NCBI GenBank assembly: GCA_963614215.1
Contig: CAVECB010000002.1
Coordinates: forward strand, 18,055-82,054
Length of the DNA: 64,000 nt
From: Ruthenibacterium lactatiformans
GTDB taxonomy: Bacteria; Actinomycetota; Coriobacteriia; Coriobacteriales; QAMH01
Reading direction: 5' to 3'
The position numbers and the translations under genes are program-made. This document shows, piece after piece, positions 1-10,180 of the stretch. The notes under the pieces were generated by a model. The model had not been told where the DNA came from. It worked only from the letters and a program-made list of their open reading frames with translations, and did no database searches. The number at the start of each line of letters is the position of its first letter. The first letter of the stretch is position 1.

Positions 1-226
1 GCAGGCGCCCATCACGAACATCAGCATCATCGACTAGCGCCGCCGCCGTCCGAAGACCACAAAGCGAGGCGCAAAGCGCCCTTGCGGAGCCAAACATGCT
101 TCCCGCAGGGGCGTTTCTTTTTTCAAGACCTTGAGTCGAGGAGACGCCCGCGCAGCACGACGCGTCCACCTTGATTGGCGTCTCGTGAAATCTCGTCCGC
201 ATTTGTAGCATCCACAAAACCTGCCG

Positions 227-634
227 CTACAAAACGTGTTCAGCTCCTCGGCACAAATCCAGAAAACCGGCAGGTGACACGAGCTTCGGATAGGACGAGA
301 AGTGACGCGTGTTGCCGCTGACAAGAACCGAGCCAGCCGTGACGGCCAAGTCGAGCACAGGCTGGTCTTTCGGGTCGGGGGACACGAATTGCCCCTGAGG
401 GGAAGCGGAAATGATGCTTGATTGCATGCGCAAAGCGTCAACGAGCGCAACACACAGATTCGAGTCGAACGAAAACTTCGGGCGGCGCAAAACGGCAATG
501 TACTCGGCAAGCAGATACTCGCTTGCCACCAAATCAAATCCCCCTGAAAGCGCCATATCCAACACGATCCCCGGCTTCGAGGCTGGTTGCAAGACGCCCG
601 ACACCACAACGTTTGTGTCGAGGACGGCTTTCAC
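227..634 (-). CDS. PIN-domain toxin of a type II TA pair (VapC-like)
   Basis: 135-aa ORF. The N-terminus MKAVLDTNVVVSG is typical of PIN-family TA toxins. It has a 4-nt ATGA overlap with the small ORF upstream. Confidence 0.75.
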   Translation of the reverse strand: MKAVLDTNVVVSGVLQPASKPGIVLDMALSGGFDLVASEYLLAEYIAVLRRPKFSFDSNLCVALVDALRMQSSIISASPQGQFVSPDPKDQPVLDLAVTAGSVLVSGNTRHFSSYPKLVSPAGFLDLCRGAEHVL

Positions 635-903
635 ATCCCACTCCGCACGGCTTCAACCTCTGCGTCTATTTCTTCAACGGAAAGGGCGTCGAGCCCTCGA
701 GCCGCGGCGTCTTTCCTCAACGCTGCAAGAGCCGCCCTTCCAGCGCAATCGCGCGCCAAATCGACGACTTCATCTATGTCAAGCGCCGAAACGTTAAAGA
801 CAATGTTTTGCGCTCTGCCGTTGTTCGTAATCACGACAGGATTTCGCATGGAAAGCACCGCCGACGGGCGACGGGAAATATCTGCCACAGTGCACGTGTC
901 CAT
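631..903 (-). CDS. Phd/YefM-like antitoxin
   Basis: 90-aa ORF immediately upstream of the PIN gene and overlapping it. It has a GAGAGGAG RBS, a small N-terminal fold (PVVITNNGR) and an acidic C-terminal part. Confidence 0.6.
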   Translation of the reverse strand: MDTCTVADISRRPSAVLSMRNPVVITNNGRAQNIVFNVSALDIDEVVDLARDCAGRAALAALRKDAAARGLDALSVEEIDAEVEAVRSGM

Positions 904-915
904 ACATGCTCCTCT

Positions 916-929
916 CGTAAAGCTTTACG
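916..929. promoter_or_regulatory. Candidate TA operator palindrome
   Basis: Perfect 14-bp palindrome CGTAAAGCTTTACG, 12 nt upstream of the antitoxin ATG and abutting the RBS. An extra TTTTACG half-site lies at 947-953. Confidence 0.35.
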
Positions 930-1010
930 AATAATAACACATGTAATTTTACGTATTCGCATCAGTATCAACTTGCGATGCCTGGTTGACCTTGATTGCG
1001 CTTTGCGATT

Positions 1011-2270
1011 CTACCCCTGACTCGACTTCGCGCGGTGGCGGCGGTAGACGGAAAGCACCAGCACACCGGCGGCCGCGGTCGTGACCGCGAGGATGGCGTA
1101 GGTGGGCACGTAGCTGCCGCAGGCCTGCGCGAGAAAGCCCGGGAAAGTATCGGCCAAAAAACCGCCCGCGGCATATCCCACCTGCATGTTTTTCACCGTG
1201 CTCGCCCGCGTGGCCGCGCACGACAGCTCCAGCGACCACACCGAGATACCCACCGACCCCACCGCCCCGCCGATGCCAAAGCACACGGCGGCGGCCACGG
1301 CCACGGCAGGGCTGCCAAGCGGCGCCAGACAGCAGAGCACGAGCGCGACGACAAGCATGGAAAAGGCGAAGGCGGTGCCGCGCGGGGTCCCGATGTGGTC
1401 GAACAGCTCGCCCGTGCCGAATTTACTCGCCGCCAGCGCGACGCCGCACACCGACAGCATGAGCGCTGCGAACCCCTCCTCGTAGCCGTTGGTGGTGAAG
1501 AGGATGGACATGTAGGCCAGGCCGCCGATGCTGACCATCCCCACGAACACCGAGGCCACGACCAGTAGGACATGCGCACGCGGCGAGATGGGGTCTTGCG
1601 CAAGTAGGAGGGCGCGGGCGCTGCGGCGGGCGTGCTTGCGGGCAATTCTGCTGACGATGCGCTTGCTGCCCTCCTTGCCGCCGTGATGTACTAGCCCGTG
1701 CATCTCGTCCGGGCGGTTGCGCAGCAAGACCAGCTGCAGCACGCCGACGGCAGCGGCGATGCCGGCCTCGACGAGGAAGGCAAACGACAGCGACACGCTG
1801 GCAATGAGCGCGTGGCACACGGCCGGCATGAGCATGCCCGCGATTCCGCTGCCCAACGTGGCAAAGCCCACCGCCGTACCCACGTGGTCGTGGTACCAGC
1901 GCCCCGTGAGCAAGGTCATACCGACGATGCCGCCCAGCCCGTATCCCAGCCCGCAAAACACGGCGCCCGCGCACAGCCCGGCCAGGGCGTCGGCCAGCCC
2001 GTAGAGGGTGAACCCCACGGCGGTGAACAAGCAGGCCACGCCTATGCCGATGCGGCAGTCCACGCGGTTGTACCACCAGTTCACGCAAAACATCGCGCCC
2101 AGCGTGAGCAGGGTGCGCACGCTCAAGACAAGCGACGCGCCGCCATCGCCCACGCCCGGCAGCGCGGCCAGATAGGGTTGGTAGACGCCAAACGACGTGC
2201 TGGACAGCCCGACGTTGACGAAGATGAAGAGAAAACAGCAGCCGCTGATGACTCTCTCGTAGTGCTTCAT
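1011..2270 (-). CDS. MFS transporter (OFA/monocarboxylate-like)
   Basis: 419 aa and hydrophobic throughout, with about 12 predicted TM segments. The N-terminal SGCCFLF motif is shared with the MFS genes at 57688 and 59241. Confidence 0.8.
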   Translation of the reverse strand: MKHYERVISGCCFLFIFVNVGLSSTSFGVYQPYLAALPGVGDGGASLVLSVRTLLTLGAMFCVNWWYNRVDCRIGIGVACLFTAVGFTLYGLADALAGLCAGAVFCGLGYGLGGIVGMTLLTGRWYHDHVGTAVGFATLGSGIAGMLMPAVCHALIASVSLSFAFLVEAGIAAAVGVLQLVLLRNRPDEMHGLVHHGGKEGSKRIVSRIARKHARRSARALLLAQDPISPRAHVLLVVASVFVGMVSIGGLAYMSILFTTNGYEEGFAALMLSVCGVALAASKFGTGELFDHIGTPRGTAFAFSMLVVALVLCCLAPLGSPAVAVAAAVCFGIGGAVGSVGISVWSLELSCAATRASTVKNMQVGYAAGGFLADTFPGFLAQACGSYVPTYAILAVTTAAAGVLVLSVYRRHRAKSSQG

Positions 2271-2385
2271 GCGACGAGGGGGGCAGACATTTTCGCGCGG
2301 CAGACGGCCAAACCGGCCGCACGCCTTAAAGCCCTCCTCCCGTCACCTCCTTTTTTCGCAAAACGGCCAGGCCTTCTCGACCAGC

Positions 2386-3435
2386 CTAGTAGACCATGCC
2401 CATGGCCTCGCGCACCTCTGCAAGCGTCGCGGCGGCAACCTTGCGGGCGCGTTCGTTGCCCTCGTGCAAGATGTCGGCCACCATGCCCATGTCGGCGGCC
2501 AGCTCGGCACGCCGTGCGCGTATTTCGGCAAAGCGCGTGTTCACGCTCTCGGTGACGTAGGCTTTGAGCGCCCCTCCCCCGCCGTCGCCTATCTCGGCTG
2601 CAATCTCGGCCTCGGTCCTGCCCGTACACAACGCCGCCGTCGTGAGCAGCGCCGAGACGCCGGGGCGCTTTTGCGGGTCGAAGGTGATGTTGCGATCGGC
2701 GTCGGTGGGGCTTTTCTTGATGAGGCGCGCCGTCTCCTCCTCGGTCATAGACAGCGCGATACCGTTGCCGTAGCTCTTCGACATCTTGCGTCCGTCCAGA
2801 CCGGGCACCTCGACCACGTCGGAGAGCACGCCTTCCGGCTCGGGAAACACCTGCGCGTAGCGCTCGTTGAAGCGGCGCGCAATTGTACGTGTGATCTCGA
2901 TGTGGGGCAGCTGGTCTTTGCCCACGGGCACGACATTACCCTTGCAAAAGAGTATGTCGCAGGCCTGGTGGACGGGATAAGTCAACAGCAGGCCTGTCAG
3001 CTGATGGCCGGATGCCTCCTGCTCGGCCTTCACCGTCGGGTTGCGCTCCAGCTCGGCTTCAGAGACAAGCGAGAGAAACGGCAGCATGAGCTGGTTGAGC
3101 TCGGGCACGGCGCTGTGGGTGAAGACCATGGTCTTTGCCGGATCGATGCCGCAAGCCAGATAGTCGAGCAGCATGTTTGCCACGTTGTCGGCGATATGCT
3201 CGGTCGTGTCGCGGTCGGTGATCACCTGGTAGTCGGCGATGACGATGTTGGTCTTGATGCCGGCGTCTTGCAGCGCGACGCGCCGGGCCAGGGTGCCGAA
3301 ATAGTGTCCGAGGTGCAGGCGCCCTGTGGGTCGGTCGCCCGTGAGCATCGTATACTTGTCTGGATGCACCGCGAAATCAGCGCGTATCTCGTCGCTTCTG
3401 CGTTTTGCGGCCTCGAAGCTTCCCTCGTTCGGCAT
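2386..3435 (-). CDS. trpS: Tryptophan--tRNA ligase
   Basis: Class I signatures: HLGHYFG (HIGH-type) and KMSKS. I trimmed the start to the ATG at 3435, which has a GAGG RBS; the ORF track extends to 3486. Confidence 0.9.
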   Translation of the reverse strand: MPNEGSFEAAKRRSDEIRADFAVHPDKYTMLTGDRPTGRLHLGHYFGTLARRVALQDAGIKTNIVIADYQVITDRDTTEHIADNVANMLLDYLACGIDPAKTMVFTHSAVPELNQLMLPFLSLVSEAELERNPTVKAEQEASGHQLTGLLLTYPVHQACDILFCKGNVVPVGKDQLPHIEITRTIARRFNERYAQVFPEPEGVLSDVVEVPGLDGRKMSKSYGNGIALSMTEEETARLIKKSPTDADRNITFDPQKRPGVSALLTTAALCTGRTEAEIAAEIGDGGGGALKAYVTESVNTRFAEIRARRAELAADMGMVADILHEGNERARKVAAATLAEVREAMGMVY

Positions 3436-3625
3436 CGTGTCCTCGCACTCCCTTTTTCCATGGTGAACGAAACGGTCTTTTTGCAACCAACGCTAGATAC
3501 TACCCCAACGCGGGCGCGGCGCACTCGACGATGCGCGTGTGCTCCGCCTGAAATTCATGTCCGAATCCGGCCGGTTTTCACCCGGCGCGTGGCATAGAAT
3601 CTCCCCCGCACGAAAGGAGAGGGCG

Positions 3626-4891
3626 ATGGAAGACAAGGCGGCAGAGTCCGACCGGGCGGCACAAACCGACGGCGAAGCCAAACATGGTGAAGACGCGCAG
3701 GCAGCGCCCCCGGCAGCGCCTGCAAAAGACGGCGACAAGCTGGTGAACTACCTGACCATGTTCGGGCATTTGTGCTCGGACATCAACCAAGGGGCGCTGT
3801 CTGCCGTGCTGCCGTTTTTGGTGGCCTTCAACGGCTACTCGTATTTCGAGGTCACAATGCTGCTGTTTTTCTCCAACATCGCCTCTGCCGTCATCCAACC
3901 TCTCTTCGGCTGGATTGGCGATCGCCGCGCGTGCCCTTGGTTCATGGCCGTCGGCGTCTTTTTGGCAGGACTTGGCATGTTCGGCATCGGATATCTGGAC
4001 GATTACGCGCTCGTCTTGGCCTCCTCGCTGGTCTCAGGTGTAGGCATCGCGATGTTTCACCCAGAAGGCGGGCGGCTCGCCAACCTCTCGGCGGGCAAGA
4101 GCAAGGCCGGCGGCATGAGCATCTTCGCCGTGGGCGGCAGCATCGGCTTTTTCGTCGGTCCCACCTTGTGCGCCATCTTCCTCACCGCCTTCGGCATGCA
4201 CGGCACGCTGGTCTTTCTCGTCCCGGCCATCATCTGCCCCGTCGTCTTGCTCGCTTTCGAGCGCCGTTTCAAGGCTCTGGGGATCGCGGCCCAACATGCA
4301 GGCGGCAGCGAGGACATCGCCACGCCACCCGAGCGCTGGGGCCGCTTCTCGCTGCTCATGGTCGTGCTCTCGCTGCGCTCCATCATCGGCTACGGGCTGG
4401 TGGCCTTCGTGCCCCTGTTCGTGATGGGCGTGCTCGGCCACGACGAGACGACAAGCTCGCTTGTGCTCTCGGCGTTTTCCATCGTGGGCGCGGTGGCCAC
4501 CTTCCTGTCCGGGCGCGCCTCGGACGCGATAGGCCCGCATCGCTTGCTCATCGCCTGCCTCGCCTTCACCGTCGTGCTGTTCGCCGCCTTCTCGCAGGCA
4601 GGCACCCTGGCCGTAGCCGTCGCGCTCGCGCTCGCACTAGCCGTGAGCAGCGACCTGTGCCACCCCTCGACCGTTGCATTGGGGATGAGCTACGTGCCAC
4701 GGCACCTGGGGATGGCATCGGGCATATCCTACGGCGTGACCGTCTGCGTGGGCGGCGTGGCAGAGCCCTTCCTCGGCATGGCGGGCGACAACGTGGGGCT
4801 GCCCGCGGTCATGCTCATCTTGGCGGGCATCACCGTGGCCGCGCTCGCGTTATCCGTCGTGTGTGCCCGCATCGATAAAACGAGGCCGTAG
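3626..4891 (+). CDS. MFS transporter
   Basis: About 421 aa from the ATG at 3626, preceded by AAAGGAGAGGG. It has multiple TM segments. The ORF-track start at 3539 lacks an RBS. Confidence 0.75.
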   Translation: MEDKAAESDRAAQTDGEAKHGEDAQAAPPAAPAKDGDKLVNYLTMFGHLCSDINQGALSAVLPFLVAFNGYSYFEVTMLLFFSNIASAVIQPLFGWIGDRRACPWFMAVGVFLAGLGMFGIGYLDDYALVLASSLVSGVGIAMFHPEGGRLANLSAGKSKAGGMSIFAVGGSIGFFVGPTLCAIFLTAFGMHGTLVFLVPAIICPVVLLAFERRFKALGIAAQHAGGSEDIATPPERWGRFSLLMVVLSLRSIIGYGLVAFVPLFVMGVLGHDETTSSLVLSAFSIVGAVATFLSGRASDAIGPHRLLIACLAFTVVLFAAFSQAGTLAVAVALALALAVSSDLCHPSTVALGMSYVPRHLGMASGISYGVTVCVGGVAEPFLGMAGDNVGLPAVMLILAGITVAALALSVVCARIDKTRP

Positions 4892-5014
4892 GGGGCGCCG
4901 CCCGAAAACGCGTCGGATGTCCCGCAGGTGAACATCCGCAGCGCCGCAGTCCGCGCTGCTGCAATCGACGGAGTACACTGCGTGCGGTGAACAGGTATAT
5001 CGAGACATGGAGGC

Positions 5015-5863
5015 ATGAGGGTGAAAACAGGTGTCATCGACACGGGCGGCGGGTTGCGCGACGTTTTCGGCGCCGGCGTCTTCGACTGGTGCATGGACAA
5101 TGGCGTGCACTTCGACTACGGCATCGGCATCTCGGCAGGCGCCGCCAACCTGATCAGCTACGTGGCAGGCCAGCGCGGGCGCAACCTCTCCTTCTACACC
5201 GAGTACCCAAAGCGCAAGGAGTACATGAGCTTGGGCAATTTCCTGTTCAAGCACTCCTACATCGACCTAGCCTATGTCTATGGCACCTTGAGCAACGCCG
5301 GCGGCGAAAACCCGCTCGACTTCGACGCGCTGAGCCGCAGCGGCATGGAGTGGTACATCCAGGCATGCGACGCGCGGACCGGCCAGGCGAAGTACTTCAC
5401 CGAAGACGACATCGCCCCCGACAACTACCGCATACTCATGGCCTCGAGCGCCATTCCCGTGGTCTGCAAGCCGGTCCACATCGATGGAGTGCCCTACTTC
5501 GACGGGGCGCTGGGCCAGACCGTGCCCGTGGACAAGGCGCTGGCAGATGGCGTAGACAGGCTCGTGCTCGTGCTCTCGAAGCCCTCGACGGAGCGCCGCG
5601 ATCCCACGCGCGACGAAAAGCTCGCACGGCGCCTGCAGCGCAAGTACCCGGCGGCGGCCGAGCAGCTGGCCGCACGGGCAAGCAAGTACAACGCGGGCGT
5701 GGAGCGGGCGCTGGAGCTGGAGGCGCAGGGCAAGGTGCTCGTCGTCGCACCCGACGACACATGCGGGGTCGGCACGTTGACCAAAGATGCCGCCCCGCTC
5801 AAAGAGCTCTACGGAAAAGGGTACGCGGCGGCTCCGAAAATCACAGACTTCCTAGCCTCCTGA
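5015..5863 (+). CDS. Patatin-like phospholipase
   Basis: Glycine-rich DTGGGLRDVFGAGV, a GISAG nucleophile elbow (GxSxG) and an FDGALG catalytic Asp motif. Confidence 0.8.
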   Translation: MRVKTGVIDTGGGLRDVFGAGVFDWCMDNGVHFDYGIGISAGAANLISYVAGQRGRNLSFYTEYPKRKEYMSLGNFLFKHSYIDLAYVYGTLSNAGGENPLDFDALSRSGMEWYIQACDARTGQAKYFTEDDIAPDNYRILMASSAIPVVCKPVHIDGVPYFDGALGQTVPVDKALADGVDRLVLVLSKPSTERRDPTRDEKLARRLQRKYPAAAEQLAARASKYNAGVERALELEAQGKVLVVAPDDTCGVGTLTKDAAPLKELYGKGYAAAPKITDFLAS

Positions 5864-5902
5864 ACAGGTGTTTCACCAGCCAGGCACGCACGGGGCGGGG
5901 CA

Positions 5903-8900
5903 TCAGCCGTTTGCGGAGGCAAGGTCGTAGACGGTTGCCGAGCCGAGCGTCTGGGCGGTGAAATTGGCGCTCACCCACTCCTCTATCTGGCTTGCCGCAT
6001 CCGAGCCGCCCATCTGCTGGCCGCCCATGCCGCCCGAGGCGATGTAGTAGCGCACGAGCCCCTGCTCGACGTAGGACTTGAACTGCTCTAGGGTGGGCGC
6101 GGGATCCGAGCCGTTGAAACCGCCGATGGCCATGACGGCAAGGCCGCTTTCCAGCTGGTATCCCGCTGCGTTCTGCGAGCCGGTCGTGGCCGCCGCCCAG
6201 CGGTATCCCGAAGCGTTTTGCTCCATCAGCTCCACGAGCTCGGAGCTGGTCTGACCGCCGAAGATGCCGCCGCCTTGGCCGCTGCCGCCGGGTGCGCCGC
6301 CTTGTCCTTCGGGCACGTCGGGTGCGCCGGGTGCGCCGAACGCGCCGTTTTGGCTCCCAGATGCGCCGTTTTGGTCGTCCGCGCCGTCTTGAGCGCCTGC
6401 GCCGCCCGGCTGCTTTGTGCCGTCGTCTCCCGAAGACGTCTGTCCGGCGTCGCCGTTGCTAGAAGGAGGCTGCTGGCCGGACAGGGCTTGACCCTGCTGT
6501 TGCATGCCGCCCGGCTGCTGCCCACCGGCTGCCTGGCCAGCCGGGGCTTGATCATCGGGTTTTTGGCCAGAAGCCGCATCGGATGCCTGCCCGTCGGCAG
6601 TTTGCGCGCCTGCAGCCGAGGCATCGCCTGCTTCACCATCTTGCCGAAGGCCGCCTTTTGAAGCGCCGTCAGGCACCTGTCCGCCGCCTTGCCCCTTCTC
6701 GGTTTGAAGCTGCCCGTCGCCTTGCACATCGCCTTGTCCGAAAGCACCATCCAGGCCTTCCTGCCCATCGCCGCCAGGCCCGCCCTGCTGTCCGCCACCG
6801 CCAGGTCCGCCCGCTCCCATAGCGGAAACCGGACCTGCAGAGACGATGGAGCCCGTGTGCCCCGTGGAGACGGTCGCCCAAGTCCAAGCAACAGGACCGG
6901 CAAACACCGCGACGGTCGCCAGGGCGCAAGCTGTGGCAAAGCAGGTGCGCAAGGCTCGCCTGCGCGACGGCCGCCCCGTCTTCTTCGTGTGCGCCCGACC
7001 CGCCTCGTGCAACTCGTGCGCCCCGCGCGGCTCACGCGACCTGCGCCATGCGACGATGCGACACGCGAAGGCCAGCGCGCATGCAGCCAGACCGCCCACG
7101 AGTATGCCCCAAGCCAGGGCATCAAACGACCCGTTTGCCCGCACGAGCGCAAACGCCCAAACCACGGATGCCGCCGCAGCCATAAAGACGAGGATCTGCG
7201 TCCACATGCGCTCCCGCAGCTCCCAAGCACCACGTGCACACACCGCCGTCAGCACGGCGATGGCAGGAGCCAAAGCGACCGTGTAGTACTGGTGGAAGAT
7301 GCCCGCCATCATGCTGAACACGACCCAGGTGACGAGCAGCCATGCGCCGAAGACCGCGACGAACGCGCCGCGCGTGCGCCGGCGCACGTCGCCTTTCGCA
7401 AAAAGGCGTGCGCACACGATCCCCAGCACGATGCCCACGACCGCAAGCAGTGCAAACCACGAAATCTGGTCGGCGAAGTCGCTGCCGAACAGGCGCAAAA
7501 GCCCGGTCTCGCCCCACATGCCGCCGCCTTGGCCGCCGGGCGCGCCGCCGCCGACCACCGAGCCCGTCTCGTCGCCCGTGAGGCGCCCGAGGCCGTTGTA
7601 GGAAAAGGTTAGCTCGAGGAAGGAATCAGTCTGCGAGCCACCGAAATAGGGACGTGAGCCGCTGGGCACGAGCACGCCCGCGAGCACCCACCACCCCGCG
7701 CCGACGACCATGGCGGCCAGCGCAACGGCCGCATCGGCCAGGCGGCGGCGGACACGCGCCGGCGAGAACGCGAACATCGCGAGCGCAAAGCCCGGCAGCA
7801 CGAGAAACGCCTGGAGCTGCTTGGTGAGAAAGGCAAACCCCACGAACAGACCCGCGAGGGCAAACCATGCCGTGCGCTGCCTGTTGCCCGGCCTGTCCGC
7901 GGGCTTCTCGAGGCCGCGCAGCACGGCCGCGCTGGCCGCCACCAGCAAGAAAACGAGCAACGCATCCGGGTTGTTGAAACGAAACATCAACGCGGCGACG
8001 GGCGTGACGACAAACACGGCGCCGGACGCGATGCCCGCCCAATTGCCCCAGTAGCGGCGCACGGTCGCATAGAGCAGCCAGGTGGTCGCAACGCCCATAA
8101 GCGCCTGGGGCAAGAGGATGGCAAACGAGGACAGCCCCAGCAGGCGCACAGACAGCGCCATGAGCCAGATGGAGGCCGGCGGCTTGTCCACCGTGATTGC
8201 GTTGCCCGCGTCAAGCGAGCCCCAGAAGAAGGCTTCCCAGTCCTGCGAGCCGGCTTGCGCGGCAGCGCTGTAGAATTCGTTGGCGTAGCCCGAGGCCGTC
8301 AAATTCCAGAAGAAGACGGCGAAAGCGGCGGCCATGAGCGCGATGAAGGCGGCCCAGTCGAGTTTGCCGCGTTTGGGGACGTGCAGCTTTTCTTCGCATG
8401 ACGCCGTCGCCGCGACGGGCGCAGGAGCGGCAGGTGTCGTAGAAGCCACAGCCGTCGCCGAAGCCGCGGCAGGCGCGAACGCACGGGCGCCCTCGCGCAC
8501 TGCCTGTTTCGTTTTCGCGGCGCCATCTCGCACCGGCGCGTCCGTACGCTCTGCGCGTTTCAGGCGCCGCATGCCCGCAAGGTCCTTGCGCACGGTGTCG
8601 ACGATCTTCACCGTCGAGCCGGCGTCTTCTGTCCAGCGCACGGGAAACTCGTGCATCGCCAGCCCCGCACGCTCGCCCAAGACGAGCAGCTCCGTGTCGA
8701 AAAACCACTCGTCGTCTTGCACCTGCCCCAGCAGCTCGGATGCAGTGCGCGCGCCGATGGCCTTGAAGCCGCATTGCGCGTCGCGAAATTTCACCCCCAG
8801 ATAGCCCTGCAGCATACGGTTGTAGCTACGGGAGATGAACTCGCGTTTTGCGCAGCGCTGCACCTGCGAGTTTTCGAGCAGACGCGAGCCAAACGAAATG

Positions 8901-9325
8901 TCGGCGCGCCCCTGCAGAATAGGGTCGAGCAACTCGTCGATTTGCGCGATATCGGTGGACAGGTCCACGTCCATGTAGGCCCGTGCGCGTGCCCGCGAGG
9001 ACCCCCACGCCAGCTTGAGTGCCCGCCCGCGCCCCTTTTTTGAGATGCGCACCGCGCGCACTTCGTCGGGAAACGATTGCACCAGATGCCGCGCGAGGTC
9101 CCAGGTCTTGTCGCTGCTCGCGTTGTCGGCAATCACCACCTGCGCCGAGACGGGATTCTCGCGGGCCGCAAGCGCGCGCACCTGCTCGACCAGCATGAGA
9201 ATCGACGAGCCGAGCTCTGCTTGCTCGTTGTAGACGGGCACGACGATGTCGGCATCCACCGCGCGGGGTTGCCCCGCAAAGACAACGCCGTCGATGTGCT
9301 CTTCCGGGGTTTTCCGCTCCTCCAT
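5903..9325 (-). CDS. Fusion of a GT2 polyprenol-phosphate glycosyltransferase-like domain and a GT39/PMT/ArnT-like membrane glycosyltransferase, with a Gly/Gln/Asp-rich insert
   Basis: The N-terminal part (VVPVYNEQAEL ... ADNASSDKT ... DVDLS ... CGFKA) is GT2-like. The central polytopic part (YANEFYSAAAQAG ... ITVDKPPASIWLMALS) is GT-C/GT39-like. A low-complexity segment is encoded at about 6255-6826. I trimmed the start to the ATG at 9325, which has a GAGAGGAAA RBS. Confidence 0.7.
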   Translation of the reverse strand: MEERKTPEEHIDGVVFAGQPRAVDADIVVPVYNEQAELGSSILMLVEQVRALAARENPVSAQVVIADNASSDKTWDLARHLVQSFPDEVRAVRISKKGRGRALKLAWGSSRARARAYMDVDLSTDIAQIDELLDPILQGRADISFGSRLLENSQVQRCAKREFISRSYNRMLQGYLGVKFRDAQCGFKAIGARTASELLGQVQDDEWFFDTELLVLGERAGLAMHEFPVRWTEDAGSTVKIVDTVRKDLAGMRRLKRAERTDAPVRDGAAKTKQAVREGARAFAPAAASATAVASTTPAAPAPVAATASCEEKLHVPKRGKLDWAAFIALMAAAFAVFFWNLTASGYANEFYSAAAQAGSQDWEAFFWGSLDAGNAITVDKPPASIWLMALSVRLLGLSSFAILLPQALMGVATTWLLYATVRRYWGNWAGIASGAVFVVTPVAALMFRFNNPDALLVFLLVAASAAVLRGLEKPADRPGNRQRTAWFALAGLFVGFAFLTKQLQAFLVLPGFALAMFAFSPARVRRRLADAAVALAAMVVGAGWWVLAGVLVPSGSRPYFGGSQTDSFLELTFSYNGLGRLTGDETGSVVGGGAPGGQGGGMWGETGLLRLFGSDFADQISWFALLAVVGIVLGIVCARLFAKGDVRRRTRGAFVAVFGAWLLVTWVVFSMMAGIFHQYYTVALAPAIAVLTAVCARGAWELRERMWTQILVFMAAAASVVWAFALVRANGSFDALAWGILVGGLAACALAFACRIVAWRRSREPRGAHELHEAGRAHTKKTGRPSRRRALRTCFATACALATVAVFAGPVAWTWATVSTGHTGSIVSAGPVSAMGAGGPGGGGQQGGPGGDGQEGLDGAFGQGDVQGDGQLQTEKGQGGGQVPDGASKGGLRQDGEAGDASAAGAQTADGQASDAASGQKPDDQAPAGQAAGGQQPGGMQQQGQALSGQQPPSSNGDAGQTSSGDDGTKQPGGAGAQDGADDQNGASGSQNGAFGAPGAPDVPEGQGGAPGGSGQGGGIFGGQTSSELVELMEQNASGYRWAAATTGSQNAAGYQLESGLAVMAIGGFNGSDPAPTLEQFKSYVEQGLVRYYIASGGMGGQQMGGSDAASQIEEWVSANFTAQTLGSATVYDLASANG

Positions 9326-9428
9326 CGCCTGTTTCCTCTCGCGTGGCACGTCTGCTGTTTCGTGCCTTGCATCATGGGCGACGCGCCTGAACGGGCGCTG
9401 AAAGAGGGCGGGCAGATTCAGACAGGTT

Positions 9429-10157
9429 TCAGGAAACGAGGCCGGCACATGCCCGCAATGCGGCCAGCTCCCCATACGTCAGCTCGCGGCACTTTCCGAG
9501 CGCCAGATCGCCTAGGGCAAGCGGGCCGAATCCGCAGCGGTGCAGGTGCCGCACGGGATGCCCCACGGCAGCAAGCATTCGCTTCACCTGCCGTTTTTTT
9601 CCTTCGTGAATGCGCAGCTCGACCACCGCACCACCCTTTTCACACGAGAGCAGCCGCGCCTCGGCCGGTGCCGTCATGCCGTCTTCGAGGCGCACACCGG
9701 CGCGCAGACAGGCAAGCGCCGCCTCGTCGGGCACACCCCTCACATGCGCCTCGTAGACCTTGTCCACATGGTGCTTTGGATGGGTGAGGGCGTCTGCCAG
9801 CACCCCGTCGTCGGTAAAGAGCAAAAGCCCAGTCGTGTCGGTGTCGAGGCGCCCCACATAGACGAGCGCCGGGTAGCGCGTGCGGTCTACCAGCTCGAAG
9901 ACCGTGTGTTGTGCGTGGGGGTCGGCCGCGCTCGTCATGTACCCGGCCGGTTTGTGCAGCATGAGATAGGCGTGCTCGGCGGGCAGCTCGACTGCCGCGC
10001 CGTCCAGCTCCACCGCATCGACGCCGGGCGCCACCTGTGTCGCCAGCTGCAGCGCCACTTCCCCGTTCACCCGCACACGTCCGGCCGCAATCAGCTCCTC
10101 GGCCTTGCGGCGGCTTTGCGCCGCGCCTGCGCGCGCCAAAAAACGGTTCAGGCGCAT
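9429..10157 (-). CDS. rluB: Pseudouridine synthase, RsuA/RluB family
   Basis: S4 domain (MRLNRFLARAG...) plus the catalytic GRLDTDTTGLLLFTDDG motif. An alternative TTG start at 10184 would overlap the scpB stop. Confidence 0.8.
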   Translation of the reverse strand: MRLNRFLARAGAAQSRRKAEELIAAGRVRVNGEVALQLATQVAPGVDAVELDGAAVELPAEHAYLMLHKPAGYMTSAADPHAQHTVFELVDRTRYPALVYVGRLDTDTTGLLLFTDDGVLADALTHPKHHVDKVYEAHVRGVPDEAALACLRAGVRLEDGMTAPAEARLLSCEKGGAVVELRIHEGKKRQVKRMLAAVGHPVRHLHRCGFGPLALGDLALGKCRELTYGELAALRACAGLVS

Positions 10158-10180
10158 CGTCGCGCCGTGTATATCCTCGC

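Noticed and set aside
1-226. A possible 3' end of a plus-strand gene (…QAPITNISIID*, ending at about position 37) and a possible terminator near 85-115.
   Set aside because: Only 11 codons are visible, and the candidate stem has only 3-5 bp. That is too little evidence to annotate.
3436-3625. A T-box or other leader upstream of trpS. A T-box upstream of thrS was considered in the same way.
   Set aside because: I could not find the conserved T-box sequence or a specifier-loop architecture. The thrS leader, at 138 nt, is too short for a T-box, and the anticodon-arm mimic hairpins explain it better.
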